Below, in pieces: positions 38,106-45,455 of a stretch of DNA of 64,000 bases. The translations under genes were made by a program, and so were the position numbers. Under the pieces are notes generated by a model. That model searched no databases and was not told where the DNA came from. It was given only the letters and a program-made list of their open reading frames with translations. Each line of letters opens with the position of its first letter. Positions within the stretch are counted from its first letter, which is position 1. This DNA comes from Longimicrobiales bacterium (GTDB taxonomy: Bacteria > Gemmatimonadota > Gemmatimonadetes > Longimicrobiales > RSA9), in assembly GCA_035513575.1 (NCBI GenBank), contig DATKBW010000049.1, forward strand, positions 39,790 to 103,789, read 5' to 3'.

Positions 38106-38311
38106 TATTCGTGGGGCGCGTCATAACCGGGGAATCCCAAGCCCCGCCACGAGGCAAGCCTCCAGAGGTGAAGCGCGTCAGAGGGGGCGGTTCGTGACCA
38201 CACCGGAACGATGCTCGCCGCCGGAGACGCCGAGCGGGCGCGGAGAAGCTGCTCAAGTTTCATGTCGTCAACGCCGCTTCGGCCGTTCTACAATTATTCG
38301 CCTCGGGATGA

Positions 38312-39403
38312 ATGATCGCACATTACCAGCAGAGCAAGCGCAATCAGGTTTTAGCGGCGTTAGGACGGTATCCCGTGCTCTCCTCCTCCAGATCGAACGG
38401 GTTCAGGCAATTGCTTGCCGTGACACTCGTCACGGCAAATTGTGGAACGTCTCCGGGTTCAGCTTCGGAACGGGGGGGCGGAAGCGCCACGTTCCCGGAT
38501 CACCTTCATGTCGTGGGCGAGGTCATCCTGGAAGAACGCCCGAACGTCATTAACGTGCAGCCTTCGGTGCGGGCCGATCCGCACGGAGGGTTCCTCGTGG
38601 CCGATAAGCGCGAAAGCCAGGTCAGACGCTACCACCTCGATGGGAGCCTCGACTTCGCTTTTGGTAGTCCCGGCCAAGGACCTGAAGAGTTCGTCGGCGC
38701 TGTCGTCAGCGTACGCCTACCCGATCAGTCCATCCTAGTAGTCGATCGCACCAGCAAGATTGTAACCCTCGATCCCTCTGGTAATCGGGTAACGCGTCAG
38801 TGGCAGCTCCCGCTCACGAATATCGTGGACGCTGACGTGATCGATGATTCTCGGATCCTTTTTTCAGTCCGCGCATCCGCATCGCGCCCGCTGCTGCACA
38901 TCTGGAATATCAACAAGGGGGAATTAGAGCGACATTTCTTCATTCCTCCGCAGAATTCTCAAATCCGGGCGGCGTCGATTATCGGCGGATGGGCGTTCGC
39001 GAGCATTCAGAACGATACGATCTGGAGTTTCTTTTCGGCCGTGGACTCCGTTTACGCGTTTTCTACCGAGGGTGTTCGCCTCATGGCCGTCCGGATCCCA
39101 TTCGAGCGCTTTGACATCGCGCGTCCACCACGTCGTGTTTTCGGGATCCGCTTCGGATCGTTCGACGAATGGATCGGATCATTCCACCTGATTTCCTCCA
39201 TTGCTGCATTGGAGGACCTCCTGCTCATCCAGTATGGTCGCTACGGCAGGAATCCCCAAGTTTCGCTGTTGGGGATGACCACCGCTGGCGCGCGCGTGTT
39301 CGAACATTTGCTTGTCGTCACGCCTTACCCCCCCATAACGGCCTACTTCCAAGCACGTGAGACCTCGGAGCCGAATCGATGGATCGCCGCCTCCATCCGG
39401 TAG
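38312..39403 (+). CDS. 6-bladed beta-propeller protein (probable lipoprotein), island copy
   Basis: 363 aa. GSPGQGPEEF motif (GxGPGEF-type hallmark) and repeated blade-like beta segments. Hydrophobic LLAVTLVTANC near the N-terminus. An alternative GTG start at 38375 would give a standard-length lipoprotein signal. Confidence 0.6.
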   Translation: MIAHYQQSKRNQVLAALGRYPVLSSSRSNGFRQLLAVTLVTANCGTSPGSASERGGGSATFPDHLHVVGEVILEERPNVINVQPSVRADPHGGFLVADKRESQVRRYHLDGSLDFAFGSPGQGPEEFVGAVVSVRLPDQSILVVDRTSKIVTLDPSGNRVTRQWQLPLTNIVDADVIDDSRILFSVRASASRPLLHIWNINKGELERHFFIPPQNSQIRAASIIGGWAFASIQNDTIWSFFSAVDSVYAFSTEGVRLMAVRIPFERFDIARPPRRVFGIRFGSFDEWIGSFHLISSIAALEDLLLIQYGRYGRNPQVSLLGMTTAGARVFEHLLVVTPYPPITAYFQARETSEPNRWIAASIR

Positions 39404-39864
39404 GAGTGCTAGTCGTCGCTGTAGTCGCAGGGATTTCCGGTGGCGCCTTTGGTCGTATGGTCTCCGATCAGCCGGGTACTCCGATTGAGGAATACATGTC
39501 GATCGATTCGAGCAGGGGAAGCAGTGAACGCCTGCTCCGGCTCGTTTGGACCGTCGGAAGCACCAGCGCGCTCGGGTGCCAGAACTGGCAGCCCCTGATG
39601 AGGAGATTGCTTTGGCATCATGGGGATGAGCTGGAGATCGTCGCGGTTGTGGGCGAAAGAGATTCTGCCGCAGTCCGCGCGTTCCTCCGCACAGAGCGGT
39701 TGGGAAACGTGCGCATTGCTGGACAGCCCGCCCGATACCGCGACAGGTCTTCCCGCTTCCACCTGCTCTACCGTGACTCAGTGGTGGTGTCCGCAGGCGC
39801 CTCCCGGCGCGGTATGGCGGCGCTCGAGCACGTCGCCAAGGTGGTAATGAACGAGGATTACTGA
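39379..39864 (+). CDS. Membrane-anchored thioredoxin-fold-like protein lacking a CxxC motif (single Cys, A-L-G-C)
   Basis: 161 aa. TM helix VGVLVVAVVAGISGGAF. LLRLVWTVGSTSALGCQNWQPLMRRLL...ELEIVAVVGERDSAAVRAFL resembles the TlpA/redoxin beta-alpha-beta core, but only the second Cys position is kept. GGAG SD upstream; 25-nt overlap with the propeller gene. Fold assignment is tentative. Confidence 0.4.
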   Translation: MDRRLHPVGVLVVAVVAGISGGAFGRMVSDQPGTPIEEYMSIDSSRGSSERLLRLVWTVGSTSALGCQNWQPLMRRLLWHHGDELEIVAVVGERDSAAVRAFLRTERLGNVRIAGQPARYRDRSSRFHLLYRDSVVVSAGASRRGMAALEHVAKVVMNEDY

Positions 39865-39894
39865 GCGAGGTCACCAAGACGCATGTTTCACTTC

Positions 39895-39904
39895 AAGGAG
39901 GAGG
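39895..39904 (+). promoter_or_regulatory. Strong Shine-Dalgarno (AAGGAGGAGG) for the Cys-rich peptide gene
   Basis: 8-nt AT-rich spacer (TTATTAAA) to the ATG at 39913. Lies inside the longer 39883 ORF, which argues for the 39913 start. Confidence 0.75.
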
Positions 39905-39912
39905 TTATTAAA

Positions 39913-40125
39913 ATGTCTCGACTGCGCAAGTTGCTCATTGGCGTGCTGGCTCTCGCGGGACTTGGCTTCGCCGGAGCAGTCGTCACCCCTGGGGCCTTGT
40001 TCGGGGATATGGACCCGGCTGATTGGTGCCAGCAGGTCCTGGATCCCAATTGTACCGAGCACTGCTACTATGAATGTGACATTACAAAGGAGTGTCAGTT
40101 CGAAAACTGCTGCGGGTGCGGTTGA
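39913..40125 (+). CDS. 70-aa signal/leader-bearing cysteine-rich peptide (8 Cys in the last 32 residues)
   Basis: MSRLRKLLIGVLALAGLGFAGAVVTPGALFGDMDPADWCQQVLDPNCTEHCYYECDITKECQFENCCGCG. Basic n-region plus hydrophobic h-region, then an acidic Cys-rich tail. Excellent SD. The next gene starts 5 nt after the stop. Confidence 0.65.
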   Translation: MSRLRKLLIGVLALAGLGFAGAVVTPGALFGDMDPADWCQQVLDPNCTEHCYYECDITKECQFENCCGCG

Positions 40126-40129
40126 ACCA

Positions 40130-40948
40130 ATGCGAAGGAGCGGGAGGTCTGGGATTCTGAAGACGCTTCCAGCGCTCCCGCTCCGTCACAGGCGCCCTGC
40201 GCTCTCCGTCCTTCTCGGACTGCAGGTGATCTACGCACCAGTCGCCGCGCAGTCGATCCGGGGTGCGGTCGTGGACGACGAGTCATCGCGGCCCATCACT
40301 GGATCGCTGGTGCAGGTGTTCGACCAGGCGGGTGCCCGCGTTTCCGCAAGCCAAACGGGATCCGACGGGCGATTTCATGTTCGGCTGCCGAATGCGGGAT
40401 CGTATGCGTTGTCCGCGGAACGGCTCGGGTACGGGTGGGCGGTGGCGCGCTCGCTCCACGTGCGAGTTGGCGAAGTACTAGAGCTGGAGCTGCGGCTGCC
40501 CCGGCTCCCCATTCCACTCGAACCGCTCACCGTTCGTGTGGAGCGCCGGCTCGCACACCTGGAGCGCGTGGGCTTCTACCAGCGGGAGCGGATGGGCATC
40601 GGTCGGTTCATTACCGCAGAGGACATTGAGGCGCGCCGCCCGCTCATCCTTACGGACGTCCTTCGCGGCGAGCCATCCGTCCGGGTCCTGAATACTCCCG
40701 ACGGTGCGGGTCACGTCATTGCGTTTCGCGGCGCACACACGATGTACCTGGCCATGGGCCATGACGCCTGCCTCCCAGTCGTGGTGCTTGACGGCACCCG
40801 ACTCGCCACGGCCGGGGACGTCAACCTTGTCCACCCGGAAAATGTCGCTGCCATCGAGCTCTACCCAAGCGGGAATGGCGCTCCTCCGCAGTTTGGCGGT
40901 CTGGGGGCGCCCTGCGGGGTCATCATGATCTGGACAAAGCGAGGCTGA
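40130..40948 (+). CDS. Carboxypeptidase-regulatory-like domain + TonB-receptor plug-like domain protein (no barrel)
   Basis: 272 aa from the internal ATG. Signal-like LSVLLGLQVIYAPVAAQS, then SIRGAVVDDESSRPITGSLVQVFD...SDGRFHVRLPNAGSYALSAERLGY (CarbopepD_reg pattern). C-terminal ITAEDIEARRPLILTDVLRGEPSVRV...VVLDG...ENVAAIELYP (plug-like). Confidence 0.7.
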   Translation: MRRSGRSGILKTLPALPLRHRRPALSVLLGLQVIYAPVAAQSIRGAVVDDESSRPITGSLVQVFDQAGARVSASQTGSDGRFHVRLPNAGSYALSAERLGYGWAVARSLHVRVGEVLELELRLPRLPIPLEPLTVRVERRLAHLERVGFYQRERMGIGRFITAEDIEARRPLILTDVLRGEPSVRVLNTPDGAGHVIAFRGAHTMYLAMGHDACLPVVVLDGTRLATAGDVNLVHPENVAAIELYPSGNGAPPQFGGLGAPCGVIMIWTKRG

Positions 40949-41195
40949 ACCTTCAGACGTGTCCCGTTTGTCGGGCGACTAACATTCTGCACCTCCCCCT
41001 TCCTGGGCGTCCCGCTGCGCGTTCCGGCCCGATCCAGATCTGTGTCTGTGACCACTCCAAGGAGAACGATGGACCCGCTGCACGCCCCTCAGAACACTCG
41101 TTAACCTCATCAGCGTCATGCTCATCTCGGCGGCATGCCCCCGGCTCTCCGTCGGGCATGTGGGACGCCGAGGTCCGGACCGGGGATTTTTCCGG

Positions 41196-41250
41196 GGTGG
41201 AGGACGGCCTCGTCGGCAAGATCATCCAACACGTCCACGAGGTGAAGTAG
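41196..41250 (+). repeat. Right copy of the direct repeat: displaced clpP 3'-end remnant
   Basis: GGTGGAGGACGGCCTCGTCGGCAAGATCATCCAACACGTCCACGAGGTGAAGTAG encodes ...VEDGLVGKIIQHVHEVK*. There is no ClpP body upstream of it. Confidence 0.8.
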
Positions 41251-41498
41251 CGCGGGACCCTTGCCAACCGGCCAGCGGGATTGCTAGCGTTCCCATACCA
41301 GCGGTGACGCGGGCCGCGAGAAAGCCCACGCCCACCCGGCCCACCGGCGAGCGCCGGGGGTCCCGCCCTCTCTCAGAGGGCACGCGAGGTCGGAACGGCG
41401 CGTCACAGGCGGTCGACGCGGGCCCCCGGACCGGGAGCCGCGCCGAAACGACGACAGCGTCGAAGGAGGCGACGAATGCCACCGGGCAGTCGAGGAAG

Positions 41499-41538
41499 GC
41501 CCGGGACGGAGCAGGTGTGACCGTCCCGGGCTTTTCCC
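41499..41538 (+). terminator. Rho-independent terminator (plus-strand orientation)
   Basis: 11-bp perfect stem GCCCGGGACGG / CCGTCCCGGGC with 11-nt loop, followed by TTTTCCC. Located about 250 nt downstream of the clpP remnant stop. Confidence 0.65.
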
Positions 41539-41577
41539 ACGTCCTGGCGCGATGCCACCGGCCTGTCCGCCCTGCCG

Positions 41578-43245
41578 CTAGACGTCCCCGGTCCGATCCG
41601 CGACCTGGCGCTGCACCTCCTCCAGCATTCGCCGACCCCTCTCCATCAGTGTGGTCGCCCGTTCCTCGACCTCGGCACGGAAGGCATGGTCCTCGATGTC
41701 GGCCAGGTTGATCAGGACGTTGCGGTGTGCGCCGTAGAGGCACGCCTCGAGCGCTTTCGCCCCCACGTCCAGGTCTGAGCGAGAGGAGTACTGGCCCACG
41801 CGCGCGAGCTCGAGCATGGGGTCCCAGGCGCGGTCAGCCGTCTCCATGGCCCGGAGCGGGACCAGCGTCGCCTTCTTGAGGCCCTCCTCCATCGCCGTCC
41901 GCCGGGCGACCTTCTGCTCCTCCGTCTCCCGCGGCATCCGGATGGCCTTCACGTAATCCGCGAAGGCGTCGGTGTCGGCGTCGACCGCGCGCAGCAGCGC
42001 CTCCTGGACCTCCACCAGCGCCGGGAGGTTCGCCCGCACGGTGGCGTCGAGGTGATCGTACTTCCGGCGGCCGTAAGTGAGCCATCCCACCATGGCCCCG
42101 AGGCCGGCGCCCAGGGCGCCCACGAGCGCGGCGACCGAGCCGCCCCCCGGCGTCGAGGTCCGTGCGCCGACCGCCTCCACGAAGTCGCGGACGGACTTCC
42201 GGATGAGCGGCCCGTCGGCGTCCTGGTCGATCATGTACTCGATGATCTTCTCCTCCGGGCGGAAGGCGTGGACGGAGGAGAGCCCCAGCCGATCGATGAC
42301 GAGCCGGACCTTCTGCCGCTCGTCGAGGATGAACAGCCCCTCCCGCTCGATGTAGAAATCGGCCGCCTGGAGGACCGCCTCCAGGGGGATCAGCCCCACG
42401 ACCTCGCTGCCCGCGACGCCGACGCCCAGCTCGGCCGCGTCCTTCCGGATCGCCTCGTAGACGGCGTGGAGGGGCGTGACGCGGTAGTTGTCCAGGTTCA
42501 TGGAGACCTGGGCGAGGCCGAACTCCTCGAGCTCCCAGCCGATCCCCTTCACCGCGTCGAAATACCCGGGCTCCCGGATGGTCTCGCCCCCGGGGCCCTT
42601 CACGGTCCGGCCCTGCTCCCGGATGTTCAGCGCCAGGCGGTGCGCCTGGTTACGGGTGCCCAGGATGTTGACGTTGTAGGCGATCAGGAAGAAGCGGACG
42701 CCGGTCACGGTCGCGCCGGACCGGGCGACGAAGGTCGCCGGGCCGAAGTCGGGCGCCCACTCGGGCTGGCCGATCCGGTCCGCGAGGCCCTCGTACTCGC
42801 CCTGCCGGATCTGCCGGAGCGCCTTCCGATGCTCCAGCGCCTGGGCCTCCTCGTACAGGTAGATCGGGACCCCGAGCTCCTCGCCGACGCGTGCGCCGAA
42901 CCGCCGGGCGCAGTCGATGCACTCCTCCATGCTCACGCCGGAAACGGGGATGAAGGGCACCACGTCCACCGCTCCGAGCCGCGGGTGCTCGCCGCTGTGC
43001 CGGGTCATGTCGATCAGCCGGTACGCCGTTGCCGCCGCCCTGAAGGCCGCTTCCACGACATCGGCGGGCGCGCCCACGAAGGTCATCACCGTCCGGTTCG
43101 TGGATTTCCCCGGGTCCACGTCCAGGAGCTTGACTCCGGGTGCGCCGCGGATGCTCTCGGCGATCGCGTCCAGCAGCGCCGGGTCCCGGCCTTCGGAGAA
43201 GTTTGGAACACACTCGACCAGCCGCATCGACCGCCGTCCGTTCAT
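41578..43245 (-). CDS. ftcD: Bifunctional glutamate formiminotransferase-cyclodeaminase
   Basis: N-terminal LVECVPNFSEGRD formiminotransferase domain. C-terminal cyclodeaminase domain (TSTPGGGSVAALVGALGAGLGAMV). Start is either 43245 or 43227. Confidence 0.88.
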   Translation of the reverse strand: MNGRRSMRLVECVPNFSEGRDPALLDAIAESIRGAPGVKLLDVDPGKSTNRTVMTFVGAPADVVEAAFRAAATAYRLIDMTRHSGEHPRLGAVDVVPFIPVSGVSMEECIDCARRFGARVGEELGVPIYLYEEAQALEHRKALRQIRQGEYEGLADRIGQPEWAPDFGPATFVARSGATVTGVRFFLIAYNVNILGTRNQAHRLALNIREQGRTVKGPGGETIREPGYFDAVKGIGWELEEFGLAQVSMNLDNYRVTPLHAVYEAIRKDAAELGVGVAGSEVVGLIPLEAVLQAADFYIEREGLFILDERQKVRLVIDRLGLSSVHAFRPEEKIIEYMIDQDADGPLIRKSVRDFVEAVGARTSTPGGGSVAALVGALGAGLGAMVGWLTYGRRKYDHLDATVRANLPALVEVQEALLRAVDADTDAFADYVKAIRMPRETEEQKVARRTAMEEGLKKATLVPLRAMETADRAWDPMLELARVGQYSSRSDLDVGAKALEACLYGAHRNVLINLADIEDHAFRAEVEERATTLMERGRRMLEEVQRQVADRTGDV

Positions 43246-43404
43246 GATGGATGGGGGAACCCGTGTCCCCGACTCTGCCCGGCACGCCCCCATCCGTCAA
43301 GGCCGTGGGAATCCGGGCCGCCGTCCAACCATACGCCCCCGGCCTCCGTCCAACGCAGGGGAGACTCATTCGAACAATCGAACGCATCCACAGGAAGGAG
43401 ACCC

Positions 43405-44460
43405 ATGGGGAAGCCGATGCGGCTGATGGTGGGGGCGGCAGCGCTGTCCGCGCTCGCGCTCTCGCCGGCCAGCGCGCAGGAGCGGTACGACGTCGGAGGC
43501 GATCGCGTCGCCATCTACAACCTGGCGGGCGCCATCTCCGTCACGCCCGCGTCCGGTCGCGCGGTCACCGTCGACGTCCGGCGCGGCGGCGGGGACGCCA
43601 GCGGGCTCAGGGTGGAGGTAGGGGAAGTCGGCGGCGTGCAGGCGCTGCGCGTGATCTACCCATCCGACCGCGTCGTTTACGACCCCGGCAGCTGGCGCGG
43701 CAACACCGAGCTGCGGGTGCGTCCGGATGGTACCTGGGACAACCGCGAGGTCTGGCGCAGCCGCGGGGATCGGGTACGCGTGTCGAGCCGGGGCTCAGGG
43801 ATGGAGGCGCACGCGGACCTCACCATCGGCGTGCCGCGCGGGCAGCGCATCGAGGTCTACCTGGCCGTCGGCCGGATCACGGCGGAGAACGTCGACGGCC
43901 ACGTCCTCCTCGACACCCATTCCGGGGGGGTCAGCGCCCGCGCCATGAGCGGGTTCCTGCGGGTGGACACCGGCTCCGGGAGTGTCGAGGTCCTCGGCAT
44001 GCAGGGCGATCTCGAAGTGGACACCGGCTCGGGCAGCGTGCGCGTGCGGGACGTGCGGGGCCAGGAGATCGCCCTGGACACCGGGTCCGGAAGCGTGGAG
44101 GCCGACGGCCTCTTCGCCTCCCGGATCGAGATCGACACGGGTTCCGGGCGGATCGACCTGCTGCGCTCTTCCGCCCGCGAGGTCCGCCTGGACACGGGCA
44201 GCGGATCGGTGGAGGCGGAGCTCTCCGGAGAGATCGCCGACCTCGAGGTGGACACCGGCTCGGGAAGCGTATCGCTGCGCCTCCCCGAGAACCTGAGCGC
44301 CACGCTGGCCATCGAGACGGGCAGCGGCGGCATCGAAGTGGATTTCCCCGTCTCCATCACCCGCCGCGCCCGGGACGAGCTCCGGGGGCAGATCGGTGAC
44401 GGCCGGGGTCGGATCGTCGTGGACACCGGCTCCGGGAGCATCCGGCTCCGACGCATGTAG
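43405..44460 (+). CDS. DUF4097-type beta-strand repeat protein (putative adhesin fold), secreted
   Basis: Signal peptide MGKPMRLMVGAAALSALALSPASA, then eight or more DTGSGS(V/I) repeats. GGAAGGAG SD upstream. Confidence 0.8.
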   Translation: MGKPMRLMVGAAALSALALSPASAQERYDVGGDRVAIYNLAGAISVTPASGRAVTVDVRRGGGDASGLRVEVGEVGGVQALRVIYPSDRVVYDPGSWRGNTELRVRPDGTWDNREVWRSRGDRVRVSSRGSGMEAHADLTIGVPRGQRIEVYLAVGRITAENVDGHVLLDTHSGGVSARAMSGFLRVDTGSGSVEVLGMQGDLEVDTGSGSVRVRDVRGQEIALDTGSGSVEADGLFASRIEIDTGSGRIDLLRSSAREVRLDTGSGSVEAELSGEIADLEVDTGSGSVSLRLPENLSATLAIETGSGGIEVDFPVSITRRARDELRGQIGDGRGRIVVDTGSGSIRLRRM

Positions 44461-44583
44461 CCGAGCCGGTGCGGGCCCCTGCCCCGACGCGCGGGGCGGG
44501 GGCTTCTCGCGTCCAGACGTTTCCCGCCGGCCCGGTCGGGCCTACCTTCCCGCGTCACGCACCCCTTCCGTCGGAGAAGATCC

Positions 44584-45432
44584 ATGTCGCGCGCCGCGCT
44601 CCTCCCGCTCGTCCTCCTGTGCGACGCCGCGTGCGCCCCTGCGCCGACGCCGGGAGTGGTGGGGGCCGGAGCCGTCCCGCTCGCCTACGATCTCGCGGAG
44701 CCCCGGGTGGCGCGCTACGGCTTCGCGGACACCACGGAGTTCTCCATCCAGGCCGGCCCCATGGGGGTGATGCGGGTGCTCTCGGCGGAGAGCGGACTGG
44801 CGGAGGTCGCGTTTCGTGGCGCCGGCGAGGAGCTGGAAGCCGTGGTGCGGTTGGTACGCTACTCGGGCCGCTTCGAGAACCCGAGCCACGGAGCCATCGA
44901 AACGGACGAGGGAGGCATTACCGGCGCCTGGACGGTCCGGCTCGATCGGCGGGGCCGCCTGGAGGTGCTGGACACGCCATCCCTGTCCGACGCGGCCCGC
45001 CAGATCGCCGGCCCGGAGTCGCTGGTCCGGCCCCTGTTCGCCCACCTGCCCGGGTCCCGCGCCGAGGCCGGTGCCGTCTGGGTCGACACCGTCTCCCTGA
45101 CGGAGGAAGGCCCCGAGTCCGTGACCCGGGCACGCAGCATCATCACCTCCACGCTGGTGGGGGACACCGTCGTGGCGGGCCAGCCCGTGGCGCTGATCGG
45201 GACGGAATCGGCCATGCAGGTCGAGGTGGAAGGCACTTCCGGTGGCGTGCGCATCCTGCAGCGGATGAGCGGCACGATCCAGGGCGTCGTGCTCTGGAAC
45301 CCGGCCGCGTCCACCCTCGTGGAGCGCACGGAGAGCGGCGCGCTCACGGGCACCCTGGAGCTGCCGGACATGGGCTTCCAGGGGCTGCCGGTGGAGGCGG
45401 TCGTGCGGAGGTGGGTCGGGCTCCGCCCCTAG
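44584..45432 (+). CDS. Hypothetical secreted protein or lipoprotein
   Basis: 282 aa with N-terminal hydrophobic segment MSRAALLPLVLLCDAAC. Coding-like composition; no family recognised. Confidence 0.55.
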   Translation: MSRAALLPLVLLCDAACAPAPTPGVVGAGAVPLAYDLAEPRVARYGFADTTEFSIQAGPMGVMRVLSAESGLAEVAFRGAGEELEAVVRLVRYSGRFENPSHGAIETDEGGITGAWTVRLDRRGRLEVLDTPSLSDAARQIAGPESLVRPLFAHLPGSRAEAGAVWVDTVSLTEEGPESVTRARSIITSTLVGDTVVAGQPVALIGTESAMQVEVEGTSGGVRILQRMSGTIQGVVLWNPAASTLVERTESGALTGTLELPDMGFQGLPVEAVVRRWVGLRP

Positions 45433-45455
45433 TGTCCCGAGTCAGGGGTCCGGGG

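Larger units (their letters stand above)
37241..41250. other. Putative horizontally acquired insertion (genomic islet) at the clpP 3' end
   Basis: Bounded by the clpP-3'-end direct repeat. Hand GC counts of 60-nt lines at 38281, 38881 and 40021 give 50-52%, versus 70% for a clpP line at 36961. The 40.1-40.9 kb part is nearer host GC. No integrase seen. Confidence 0.6.

Noticed and set aside
39883-39912. Upstream ATG (MFHFKEEVIK...) as the start of the Cys-rich peptide
   Set aside because: The strong AAGGAGGAGG SD lies inside these ten codons at ideal spacing for ATG 39913. The 39913 start gives a classical n-region/h-region signal.
37241-41250. Integrase, excisionase, transposase or a tRNA attachment site within or next to the islet
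   Set aside because: None of the six-frame translations in the islet shows tyrosine or serine recombinase or DDE motifs. The gene next to the left repeat is an AraC-like regulator, not an integrase. The attachment target is a protein-gene 3' end, not a tRNA.
41476-41520. 14-codon ORF (MPPGSRGRPGTEQV) preceded by GAAGGAGG just before the orphan terminator
   Set aside because: It is too short, has low-complexity sequence, and its 3' half is the terminator stem. I mention it only as context for the spacer finding.
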